Source: Candidatus Thalassarchaeaceae archaeon (GTDB lineage Archaea; Thermoplasmatota; Poseidoniia; Poseidoniales; Thalassarchaeaceae). Taken from it: DNA of 26,528 nucleotides. A model generated the notes under the pieces. That model ran no database searches, was not told the origin of the DNA, and saw only the letters and a list, made by a program, of their open reading frames with translations. Each line of letters begins with the position of its first letter. Within the stretch, counting starts at the first letter, position 1. The translations under genes were made by a program, and so were the position numbers. Where the stretch lies: the NCBI GenBank assembly GCA_030747675.1, contig JASLKH010000036.1, positions 1-26,528 on the forward strand, read 5' to 3'. This document shows, piece after piece, positions 8,576 through 16,875 of this stretch.

Positions 8576-9749
8576 GTGCAGCGGCTCGATACATCCGGCG
8601 GAGGAATATTCCAATACTACCCAATGCGACCATCGCTAGGCCATCGGATGTTGATGGGACTATTGCATCAGGATAAAACAACCAATACAATATTGCAAAT
8701 GGTGGAATGGATAAACAAATCAGACCTGCTGCTGCTAATGAACGAGCCTGATACATACCGTTTTGGAATCCAGATACATTAGTCAAAAATCGTGTAACAA
8801 AGGATGGCTCTTTTTCCCCCCAAGCTTGATGGAATAATCTTCGTTCAAGGTGTTGTTCATATTCCCAAATAACCAGGCCGCCACGATGACTATCCAGTGC
8901 TTTTGCGGAGGAACAAAAACTGGGTACTGTAGAGATCCAACCCCCACAAAAAATGCCCTTTTGCTCTGATGATAAATTGAGAGTACCTGCAGCAACATCG
9001 CGCAATACAGGGGATGGTGAATTCTCGGGAAGTATCGCATTGTATACACCCCCTAAACAACCTCCAATCTTCACATTTCCATCAATGATTTGACAATGCT
9101 CGATACCAAAATTTCGATGAGTGATTGTTCCCCTTGTATCTGAAGAGTGAGGGGCTCGCCATTTGGTAGCTGATCGAGTTCTAGGCTCTAATAATTCCAA
9201 ACGTTTGTTCCACGACCTTTCATTATTAGGGGTTGAAAGTTGAGATAAGCAAACTGAATGGAATCGACCCAGTACTTCTCCTGCTTTTCGCAGATATTCT
9301 TCGTCTAGAGGTAAGGGTTCAGTCTCTACTTTTTCAAATATCAAAATCACATCTCTTCCCTCAAATTGAAGGCCTCCTATTGCAGTATACAACTCATCGC
9401 AGTTCAACTCTGCAAGACGACGAGCGTGCCCATCTTCGTCTAGTGGAAGTATCTGTGCTTCATGATTAGGGAAATCAATTAGCCAACCCAATTCATTTAC
9501 GGCCATTGATTGAGGTTTGCCACTTAGCCATACACCCCATGTTACCGTTTGTTCATTCCACCATTCTTCGGAGAGCAAATCTCCTTCAGGCAATAGGACA
9601 GGCAAACTATCCCAACGAAGATGTAGAGTTTTGGAAATGAAACCGGGAGGAGCCGAATTTCCTTCGGTCACTGAAGATGTGGCGACCTTAGGGTACCATG
9701 GCATTTCTGCAAGGTCCATGATGGGGGGCAGACACTGCATCCAAATCAA
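8562..9749 (-). CDS. Maltokinase/aminoglycoside-phosphotransferase-like protein with degenerate catalytic motifs and two C-terminal TM helices
   Basis: GEVLGRFH, ITHRNFG and SPVLRDVAAG resemble the maltokinase motifs LG..TAELH, IHGDxH and SPLRDVAG; two hydrophobic helices at the C-terminus. Real start may be 9719. Confidence 0.6.
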   Translation of the reverse strand: MIWMQCLPPIMDLAEMPWYPKVATSSVTEGNSAPPGFISKTLHLRWDSLPVLLPEGDLLSEEWWNEQTVTWGVWLSGKPQSMAVNELGWLIDFPNHEAQILPLDEDGHARRLAELNCDELYTAIGGLQFEGRDVILIFEKVETEPLPLDEEYLRKAGEVLGRFHSVCLSQLSTPNNERSWNKRLELLEPRTRSATKWRAPHSSDTRGTITHRNFGIEHCQIIDGNVKIGGCLGGVYNAILPENSPSPVLRDVAAGTLNLSSEQKGIFCGGWISTVPSFCSSAKALDSHRGGLVIWEYEQHLERRLFHQAWGEKEPSFVTRFLTNVSGFQNGMYQARSLAAAGLICLSIPPFAILYWLFYPDAIVPSTSDGLAMVALGSIGIFLRRMYRAAAPKPW

Positions 9750-9803
9750 TCCTCGCGAAAGGACGGGACAGATTATTGGTGACTAAACGGCGCCCAGTAG
9801 TCA

Positions 9804-10346
9804 ATGGGCGACGCCACTGACCTCCCTCTCGCAGTCGATTTGGATGGAACTTTGATTCTAACCGACATGTCAAGGGTGACAATTCGGCGTGTTGTATTAC
9901 CAAGGCCATGGCTTCTTCCAAAGCTATTATGGTTGGAAATAACTGGACGACGGGCAGCCTGGAAGCGTGAACTTGGTCAACGTTTAGAATTCAATCCAGC
10001 TGAATTAACATATCACGAAAAATTCCTCTCTTGGCTTAAGGAACAAAAGAAAACCGGTAGGGAAATTATCCTATGCACTGCATCTGAAAGTTGTGTAGCA
10101 GAAAAAATCGCTGATTATGTTGGTATTTTTGAAGATGTCATGGCTAGTGATGGAATTGTAAACTTGAGAATGGAAGCAAAGGGTAAGGCACTTGCTGAGC
10201 GATATGGAGAGGGTAACTTCGCATACGCTGGAAATTCAAGTCATGATCTCAAAACTTGGCCGTATGCGGGGGAAATCATTGTTGTAAATGCAAGTAAGCG
10301 TACAATCAAAGCATTGGGTGATCGTCCATCTCTGATATTTGAGTGA
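9804..10346 (+). CDS. HAD-superfamily hydrolase (stand-alone, resembling the HAD domain of HAD-UbiA fusions)
   Basis: Motif I AVDLDGTL, motif II CTAS, Lys in EAKGK, motif IV YAGNSSHDL. Confidence 0.82.
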   Translation: MGDATDLPLAVDLDGTLILTDMSRVTIRRVVLPRPWLLPKLLWLEITGRRAAWKRELGQRLEFNPAELTYHEKFLSWLKEQKKTGREIILCTASESCVAEKIADYVGIFEDVMASDGIVNLRMEAKGKALAERYGEGNFAYAGNSSHDLKTWPYAGEIIVVNASKRTIKALGDRPSLIFE

Positions 10347-10977
10347 ATTTAGTTACACTCAGATTAACCAACATATCTCCAAGTGCATAGAATACACCGC
10401 AAAGAAGTGGTGGATTTAGTGCTGTTAATGGGGTCCATGGGACGTCTGATGCCCATTCCCAATTGCCCAAATGAGTCCCCCACAATTCCATAATCAGGGC
10501 TAACCAAACCATGACTGCATAAAGGCGAGGTTGGGGGCCCAAATACATGAATGCCAATACAAAAATTAAGAAGACTATTCCTGATGTATCCACACCGGTC
10601 CAGGCAAAGTAAAGTGATAGGGGAACAAAGGGTAAAACAAGTGGCCAAGCAGCCTTTTCAGTTATTCTTGCGGCTATTCTTCGACCCATGTCAAAAAGAA
10701 ACCAATGTCCTGCTGGGACAAATAATGGCATCATTCCTTCTCGATATTCATACAATCCCCAAGGTTCACTGAAGAACAATTCCATCGGTGTAGCAAAGGC
10801 TAGAACTGTCAACATTTCAATTCTTTCAACACGATTTGTTTTCGCAAATATTGTTCCAAAAATTGACCACACAACTAGGTCAACTATGTACTCACCCTTG
10901 ACCGTCCACTCCGTTCCATTCTGATCAACCCAAAGTCCAATCGCGATAGTGAGGCCATAAATTACCTCACGCCGCAT
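10306..10977 (-). CDS. Hypothetical multi-pass membrane protein with an internal duplicated E..WG.Y/W.Y/W...P motif
   Basis: About 7 hydrophobic segments; ELFFSEPWGLYEYREGMMPLFVP and ELWGTHLGNWEWASDVP repeats. Start set at MRREV (10977); the ORF extends to 11001. Confidence 0.75.
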   Translation of the reverse strand: MRREVIYGLTIAIGLWVDQNGTEWTVKGEYIVDLVVWSIFGTIFAKTNRVERIEMLTVLAFATPMELFFSEPWGLYEYREGMMPLFVPAGHWFLFDMGRRIAARITEKAAWPLVLPFVPLSLYFAWTGVDTSGIVFLIFVLAFMYLGPQPRLYAVMVWLALIMELWGTHLGNWEWASDVPWTPLTALNPPLLCGVFYALGDMLVNLSVTKFTQISEMDDHPML

Positions 10978-11027
10978 GAGGCTTGCCACTGGTTGTTGCA
11001 CTTCAATGCACCCGATTCCATGAAGTG

Positions 11028-11918
11028 ATGAACCGTAGTCGACGAGGTATGGGCTGGCTGGGGCGGACTCTTGATAGAATTGCCCATTGGCTGTTGAAAT
11101 GGAGAATTATTCGGGCACCTGCGCGTTGGATTGCAAATTCAGGATATGCTTGGAGTTTAATTTCTAGAACTGACCGTGTTCGTTTGCGACGAATGCAAAC
11201 AAGAGTGATGGGGAACCAACTACCAGAACACATCTCAATCATCATGGATGGAAATCGAAGATATGCTTCCGAACAAGGTTTAGGGACTAATTTTGGTCAC
11301 AAAATAGGCAAGGAAAAAGTCGAAGAAGTCATGGATTGGGTTCTTGAATTTGGAATAAAATACCTTACTGTTTATGCGCTAAGTACTGAAAATATCAAAG
11401 GTCGAGAACCCGATGAGTTGGAAGAATTATACGACCTATATGTTGAAGGGTTACGTGACATTGCTTCTGATGAAAGAATTCACAAAAACAAAGTCCGTGT
11501 ACAAGTGGCTGGGCGAATGGACTTGCTGCCACAAAGGGTTCTAGATGCAATTGAACTTGCAATTTCAAAAACAAAAGAATATGATCAACTTGTATTCACT
11601 GTTTGTTTGGCATATGGAAGCAGAGAAGAAATTCTTGATGCTGTTCGTTCAATCGCTTTAGATCATGCCAAGGGAGAAATTCAATTGGATGCAATCAATG
11701 AAGGAGAAATTAGCAAACGCTTGTGGACCGGTGATTTACCAGATCCAGACCTTGTGATTCGGACTTCTGGTGAAGAACGGATTAGTAATTTCTTACTATG
11801 GCAATCAGCCTACTCCGAACTTTACTTCACAGATGTATTTTGGCCATCATTTAGTAAACAAGATTTGTTAGAGGCAATAGAATCCTACCAAAACCGTAAA
11901 CGACGGTTCGGGGGTTGA
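11028..11918 (+). CDS. uppS: cis-polyprenyl diphosphate synthase (UppS family)
   Basis: HISIIMDGNRR, YALSTEN, LAYGSREEI, PDLVIRTSGEERISNFLLWQSAYSEL, terminal RRFGG. Start is 11028 or 11049. Confidence 0.95.
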   Translation: MNRSRRGMGWLGRTLDRIAHWLLKWRIIRAPARWIANSGYAWSLISRTDRVRLRRMQTRVMGNQLPEHISIIMDGNRRYASEQGLGTNFGHKIGKEKVEEVMDWVLEFGIKYLTVYALSTENIKGREPDELEELYDLYVEGLRDIASDERIHKNKVRVQVAGRMDLLPQRVLDAIELAISKTKEYDQLVFTVCLAYGSREEILDAVRSIALDHAKGEIQLDAINEGEISKRLWTGDLPDPDLVIRTSGEERISNFLLWQSAYSELYFTDVFWPSFSKQDLLEAIESYQNRKRRFGG

Positions 11919-11921
11919 AAT

Positions 11922-12329
11922 TTGGATTATCGAAACCCTGCACTCGCAGTAGACGCTGCTGTTCGCAGAGGTAATGAAGTTCTACTCATCCAACGTGGAA
12001 ATCCACCTTGGAAAGGTTCGTGGGCTCTTCCAGGAGGGTTCGTTGATTACGGTGAAGACCCCGTAAATGCTGTCCTTAGAGAACTAAAAGAAGAAACAAA
12101 TCTGGATGGAAAAATCATAGCGTTGCTCAATGTAAAAGGAAATCCCGCAAGGGACCCTCGCAAACACATTGTGAGTATCGTTTACGAAATATTTGCAGAA
12201 GGTGAACCTGTGGGTGGAGATGATGCCGTTGATGCCCGGTTTTGGCCGATAGAAGTTGTGCTAAATGGAGGGTTGGAAATTGCTGGTGATCACATTGAAA
12301 TTCTGTCTGAGTGGCTATCTGAAAAATGA
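11922..12329 (+). CDS. NUDIX hydrolase (ADP-ribose pyrophosphatase-like)
   Basis: Nudix box GGFVDYGEDPVNAVLRELKEETNL and an RDPR motif; TTG start 3 bp after the uppS stop. Confidence 0.9.
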   Translation: MDYRNPALAVDAAVRRGNEVLLIQRGNPPWKGSWALPGGFVDYGEDPVNAVLRELKEETNLDGKIIALLNVKGNPARDPRKHIVSIVYEIFAEGEPVGGDDAVDARFWPIEVVLNGGLEIAGDHIEILSEWLSEK

Positions 12330-13286
12330 GTCTAATACTGATTTAACTTCAGGGTTCGGAACGGGGTTGCGGCCATTTTCCCTGGTGGATTTCATGCAAT
12401 TCTTCCACTGTTCTGCCATTTCAGAAAAGTGACCATCGAATAAATCAGAATTATTCCAGTGAAAGAAATGGGGTTGTTCAGAAAGATATGTCAAAAATCC
12501 GCGTTTTGCTTTCGAAATCAGTAAAGTTGGAACACCTTGTACAACTGCTTCAGCAGCTAAAGTTGTACTTCCAGTTAGAACGCCATCGAAAAGTGATGCC
12601 TGAATAGGAAATTCCCATGCTGAGCCGTCCTCTGGAGCAGTGTTTTCCTTATTCTCGACGAAATGCACGTTCATTTTCCTTATTGATTGTTCATAATCGA
12701 TGATTTCAGTACTATCATGGACTCCATTCCCTATTATTTTCCTGTGGAAAACGACGATTTCATCCGCAGATATACCCAATTCAGATGGAATTTGACTTCT
12801 TGCAGAATTCCATGAAGAGATTGAGGCATCTGTATCGATGTACGCTTGTGGTAATATTCCTGGATAAGTATGGGTCGGTTTGAGATTTGATTCCCAAGAT
12901 TCTGGAAGTAAAATATGACTCGAAGAGCGAGTACCTAATCTGTGAGCAATCGTGTTAACTTCGGTATCTGAAATGTACCACCGCTGAGATATTCTCTCTT
13001 TTGCTGCGGCTCGTAATTCGAAGGGAGCACCCTTGGATATAATTCTTGAAACTGAATTTAATTTCAAAAAACGCCGAGCCGTAGATTGGCGTAGTCTAGC
13101 CGCCCTAAATTTACTGAAAAAAGAGCCGGATACACGCGGTACTCGCAGAATCTCTTGGGTGAAGCCTATGGCGAGCATTGCATCCAATTCTTGACGTTTA
13201 GTCACAATGAGAATATCATCCTCCTGAAACCATTGCTTGAATAGTTGAAAATGTGCAGGGTGATCAATTACCCAACAGGTGCGCAT
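12315..13286 (-). CDS. DUF354-like / GT-B fold glycosyltransferase-like protein
   Basis: N-terminal WVIDHPAHFQLFK resembles the DUF354 D..P.H motif; C-terminal GSTTLAAEAVVQGVPTLLIS resembles the GT-B donor-binding E..A.G.P motif. Start set at MRTCW; the ORF extends to 13334. Confidence 0.65.
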   Translation of the reverse strand: MRTCWVIDHPAHFQLFKQWFQEDDILIVTKRQELDAMLAIGFTQEILRVPRVSGSFFSKFRAARLRQSTARRFLKLNSVSRIISKGAPFELRAAAKERISQRWYISDTEVNTIAHRLGTRSSSHILLPESWESNLKPTHTYPGILPQAYIDTDASISSWNSARSQIPSELGISADEIVVFHRKIIGNGVHDSTEIIDYEQSIRKMNVHFVENKENTAPEDGSAWEFPIQASLFDGVLTGSTTLAAEAVVQGVPTLLISKAKRGFLTYLSEQPHFFHWNNSDLFDGHFSEMAEQWKNCMKSTRENGRNPVPNPEVKSVLDSFFR

Positions 13287-13351
13287 ACCTTTGCGAAAAG
13301 AAGGAAGTGAATGAACCGAACGCTCATGTCCCATCAGTGTAAGCGGATAAC

Positions 13352-13726
13352 ATGGCGAAAGAACGAGTTGATACTGGTGGACAAGTTTTCGGACCCTATA
13401 GTCCAGGTGTGAAGGCCGGAGGAGTCATCTGGTTGGCTGGGCAAATCGCACCAGAAGCAGGTGGCATCTCAGAGCAAACACAGGCTAGTTTAGATAAAAT
13501 TGACAATTTGCTCTCTGCTGCTGGAGTGACTAAACATCAAGTGACATTTGCACAGGTCCTCCTCAATGACATCAATGATTTTGCAGCAATGAATGAAGTA
13601 TACGGGGCATGGTTAGCTGATGTCGAAATCCCACCGGCTCGTGCAGCCTTTGAAGCAGCCGCTCTACCACGAGGAGCCGCTGTAGAGATTGTTGTCCAAG
13701 CCTATGATGATAAGTGCTGTGAATGA
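13352..13726 (+). CDS. ridA: RidA/YjgF/UK114 family reactive-intermediate deaminase
   Basis: GPYSPG, LAGQI, DINDFAAMNEVY, PPAR (catalytic Arg), LPRGAAVEI. Confidence 0.92.
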   Translation: MAKERVDTGGQVFGPYSPGVKAGGVIWLAGQIAPEAGGISEQTQASLDKIDNLLSAAGVTKHQVTFAQVLLNDINDFAAMNEVYGAWLADVEIPPARAAFEAAALPRGAAVEIVVQAYDDKCCE

Positions 13727-13959
13727 ATATGCCCGGATCACCGTATCTAGAAGAACGTCCATCAGGATTACTGACTTGGCCATTATTGATGCCAATTTTA
13801 CTCACCGTTTTCCTGCTTGAAGGGCTAGTAGGAACATGGGTTTGGTTTACATTTCCAAGCTATCGAATTATTGTATATGTAATCTTAGGGATTGATCTAA
13901 CTATCCTCATTATTTTCTTCATAGTAACCACCAGGCAAAGCGGGGAGAATTTGGAATGA
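13723..13959 (+). CDS. Small hypothetical membrane protein (2 TM)
   Basis: 78 aa with two hydrophobic helices; ATGA overlap with the ridA stop. Confidence 0.65.
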   Translation: MNMPGSPYLEERPSGLLTWPLLMPILLTVFLLEGLVGTWVWFTFPSYRIIVYVILGIDLTILIIFFIVTTRQSGENLE

Positions 13960-14150
13960 ATTGGCGGCGATGGGGCGTTCTAGCAATAATTCTTGCAACT
14001 ACTGCTGCGGGTTCTGTTTGGTTATGGACAAAGGGTTACTACTACGGTGTTATTTGTTGCCTTTTTCTACCGTTTGAGGGGCTTTTCTTCAACATGAAAA
14101 GAGATTCGGAACCCACTTATGTGCATCACGAGGATGCGCAGGGGCTTTGA
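13956..14150 (+). CDS. Small hypothetical membrane protein (2 TM)
   Basis: 64 aa, hydrophobic; ATGA overlap with the upstream ORF. Confidence 0.6.
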   Translation: MNWRRWGVLAIILATTAAGSVWLWTKGYYYGVICCLFLPFEGLFFNMKRDSEPTYVHHEDAQGL

Positions 14151-14172
14151 GCAGAAGGTGAGTCGCGACACC

Positions 14173-15564
14173 ATGGGAGAATGGGCGCTTCACTGTTTCA
14201 AGGCCTACGACATCAGGGGAATTGCCCATTCAGAACTTGATGCGGCATTCGCCAACCGCCTTGGACAAGCACTGGCAACATTTCTCGATTGCAATGCTCT
14301 TGCGGTAGGACGTGATATTCGTGAATCCGGGCCAGAATTACACGCCGCTTTTGTTGAAGGGTTAATGTCTGCTGGATGTGATGTAAAGGATCTAGGGATT
14401 TGTACCACCGGTGCATTATATCACGCTACAACATCTCTTTCTGTCGATGGTGGAGTGATGATTACTGCAAGTCACAATCCTCCGGAATATAATGGGTTCA
14501 AGATGTGCCGAGGAACTGCTGCTATGGCTGGAGATGAAATTCAAGAGTTGCGAACCGTTTTCGAGTCTGGAAATTTCCGTAGTGGAGAAGGAAGAATTAC
14601 TGAAGCACCTAATTTCCTTGATGATTACAGCGCTCATGTTGTTGCTAAAGCTGGGATTCCAATCCGTTCAGTCAAAATCGTGATTGATGCTGCAAATGCA
14701 GTCCCTGGGCCATTCATCTATGACTTGTGTCAAAAAATTGGATGTGAAGTGATTCCATTATACTGTGAATGGGATAACACATTTCCAAACCATCCACCAG
14801 ATCCAACACGGCCAGAGAACATGATTGATTTAGGAAATGCTGTGATTGAGCACGGTGCTGAATTTGGAATCGGTGTCGATGGTGATGGAGATCGAATAGG
14901 AGTTGTTGACGAGGCAGGAAATTTCATCCATCCCGATCGCTTACTCGCAGTATTTGCTAAAGACATCCTCGCTCAAATCCCAGATGAAAGTAGTGAGGAA
15001 GGAAGAACAATCATTCATGATGTAAAATGCAGTATGGCTTTGGAACAAACCATCGAATCATGTGGGGGTATCGCACATATGATGAGGACTGGGCACTCGT
15101 TCCTAAAACAGGCTCTACGCGAACGCCCTCAAGTGCCATTAGCGGGGGAAATGAGTGGACATTTCTTCTTTAATGATCGTTGGAATGGGTTTGATGATTC
15201 ACTTTATGCTACAGCAAGGTTACTAGAATTGGTAGCCCGTAGTAATGCATCTTCGTTCTCTGCCCTCTTTGATGGAATCCCAACATATCCTTCGACAGGG
15301 GAAGCAAAGGTCCCCCTTTCAGGTGCACGAGAGGATACAATGGATGCTGTAAGAGAGGCATATGCCGATATGGAATATAGTTCAGTTGACGGGGTTAGGG
15401 TCCGATACCCCGAGGGGTGGTATTTATGTCGGCCTTCAAACACTGAACCAATTCTAGTTATGCGAGCAGAGGCCGGGGATGAAGAAAACCTAGATTACAT
15501 CAAGCAAGATGTTCAAGCAAGACTTGGCTCAATTATTAATCTGACAAAATTCCATTCAGCCTAA
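14173..15564 (+). CDS. Phosphomannomutase/phosphoglucomutase (AlgC/ManB-like)
   Basis: FKAYDIRG, TASHNP (phospho-Ser), DGDGDR metal loop, GEMSGH sugar loop, RPSNTEP. Start set at MGEWAL; the ORF extends to 14119. Confidence 0.95.
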   Translation: MGEWALHCFKAYDIRGIAHSELDAAFANRLGQALATFLDCNALAVGRDIRESGPELHAAFVEGLMSAGCDVKDLGICTTGALYHATTSLSVDGGVMITASHNPPEYNGFKMCRGTAAMAGDEIQELRTVFESGNFRSGEGRITEAPNFLDDYSAHVVAKAGIPIRSVKIVIDAANAVPGPFIYDLCQKIGCEVIPLYCEWDNTFPNHPPDPTRPENMIDLGNAVIEHGAEFGIGVDGDGDRIGVVDEAGNFIHPDRLLAVFAKDILAQIPDESSEEGRTIIHDVKCSMALEQTIESCGGIAHMMRTGHSFLKQALRERPQVPLAGEMSGHFFFNDRWNGFDDSLYATARLLELVARSNASSFSALFDGIPTYPSTGEAKVPLSGAREDTMDAVREAYADMEYSSVDGVRVRYPEGWYLCRPSNTEPILVMRAEAGDEENLDYIKQDVQARLGSIINLTKFHSA

Positions 15565-15917
15565 TTCACCAACGAGTATTTTTCAACCAATTGGGTAGTA
15601 ATCCAATATCCAATGAAAGTGACTGCAAGACCTGTTCCAAGAGCAGGATAAAATTCCCATCCTCGATTCATTAGAACTGGCATCACAATGAACACTAGAA
15701 GAGAGGGGAGAACAAGCCATACTATGCTCTTTGAAAAATCAACAATTTCATCAGAAGATGCACCCTCATAATTCATCCACATCATTGCCAACACACTAAT
15801 TGTAGGGATTGATGCGAGTACTGCTCCTAACATTGTGCTTCTCTCACTAATCTGAACTACAGCGAAAATAATCAATGCTGTGAGAACAATCTTTGCACCA
15901 TCCATGTACCATGCCAT
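15561..15917 (-). CDS. DUF3147-like small membrane protein
   Basis: 118 aa, 4 TMs; KIVLTALII...ISERS..LGAVLASIP pattern. Confidence 0.75.
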   Translation of the reverse strand: MAWYMDGAKIVLTALIIFAVVQISERSTMLGAVLASIPTISVLAMMWMNYEGASSDEIVDFSKSIVWLVLPSLLVFIVMPVLMNRGWEFYPALGTGLAVTFIGYWITTQLVEKYSLVN

Positions 15918-15954
15918 ACACTCGACTACAAACGGCAGAGGTCAACCTTTGCGG

Positions 15955-16722
15955 TCAAAAAGGTGTCGCGGACCACGAAAACCACTGTATGGTATCATCT
16001 GCGACGGAGGTTCGAACTTCCTCATATGCCTGTAAGACTTCTTTAGTTGTGAATGGGATTCCGTACGCTTTTGGATCAAATCCTGCTAGGCGTAGGGCCA
16101 TTTTCATCATCAATGATACACGTTGGAGTTTTCCGAGAATCCTTTCTGTAACTTCAGGTTCTTCTCTTACCGATTTTATTGTGAACCCTGCCTCTTGAAT
16201 TTCTGAGGTAATCTGATCTGAGGTTCGTAAAGTCATGACTTCTTGCAATCTAGTTTCACCCATCATACGTGTAACCATGCTTGGTAATTGACCCCCTTCA
16301 CTAACAACAGCATCGTTTACAATCAAAATTCCATTACTCTGTAGCACTGATTTTGCACTGATTAATACTGATTGTAAATTAGGAATAACAAAACAACGGG
16401 CTTCAATTAAAATGTGAGAAAATGATTCTGGTTCGAAAGGAGGTTGGGTTAAAGGGGCATGCAAATATGTTACTCGTTCATCATCGAAATCAGCATACTC
16501 AAGTAATTCTTCCATCTCTACAATTCCTGTTGAATGGCATCCAAATGTTTCAGTCAACAATTGACAAACTGTCCCAACACCAGCACCAATATGCAATACT
16601 CTGCTATTTTGGTCAATTCCAGCCTCTTCTGCAAGGCGAAGCGTTACGGTTGGAGACGCGGGGAATGAATCACCTAATGCTGAACGAATTACCGGATTCC
16701 CGGCGATATCATTGACCTCCAT
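15955..16722 (-). CDS. Class I SAM-dependent methyltransferase
   Basis: RVLHIGAGVG motif-I-like loop, PFEPESFSHI, VLQSNGILIVND. Start set at MEVND; the ORF extends to 16737. Confidence 0.8.
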   Translation of the reverse strand: MEVNDIAGNPVIRSALGDSFPASPTVTLRLAEEAGIDQNSRVLHIGAGVGTVCQLLTETFGCHSTGIVEMEELLEYADFDDERVTYLHAPLTQPPFEPESFSHILIEARCFVIPNLQSVLISAKSVLQSNGILIVNDAVVSEGGQLPSMVTRMMGETRLQEVMTLRTSDQITSEIQEAGFTIKSVREEPEVTERILGKLQRVSLMMKMALRLAGFDPKAYGIPFTTKEVLQAYEEVRTSVADDTIQWFSWSATPF

Positions 16723-16756
16723 GCATCCGCGAAACATAACGGGTCTTTCAAGAGAA

Positions 16757-16832
16757 TGGAGCCACCGGCGAGATTTGAACTCGCGACCTCTTGATTACGA
16801 ATCAAGTGCTATACCAGCTAAGCTACAGTGGC
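16757..16832 (-). tRNA. tRNA-Thr (anticodon CGT), intron-less, CCA encoded
   Basis: Reverse complement GCCACTG TA GCTTAGCTGGTATAGC A CTTGA TTCGTAA TCAAG AGGTC GCGAG TTCAAAT CTCGC CGGTGGC T CCA folds as a 76-nt cloverleaf with U73 discriminator. Confidence 0.97.
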
Positions 16833-16857
16833 AACATTTGTGGGGAAATTACACTTG

Positions 16858-16866
16858 TCATAATAC
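16858..16866 (-). promoter_or_regulatory. Candidate TATA-like element for the tRNA-Thr gene
   Basis: GTATTATGA on the minus strand, about 26-34 nt upstream of the tRNA 5' end, in the 43-bp gap after the pgk stop. Confidence 0.35.
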
Positions 16867-16875
16867 AACTGGGGT

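Noticed and set aside
9781-9802. GACTA...TAGTC inverted repeat in the kinase-like/HAD divergent gap
   Set aside because: Only 5-bp arms with a 12-nt spacer; expected by chance.
16757-16832. tRNA as an integration site for an island or provirus
   Set aside because: No duplicated tRNA 3' end, integrase or foreign-looking gene block seen; the flanks are housekeeping-type genes.
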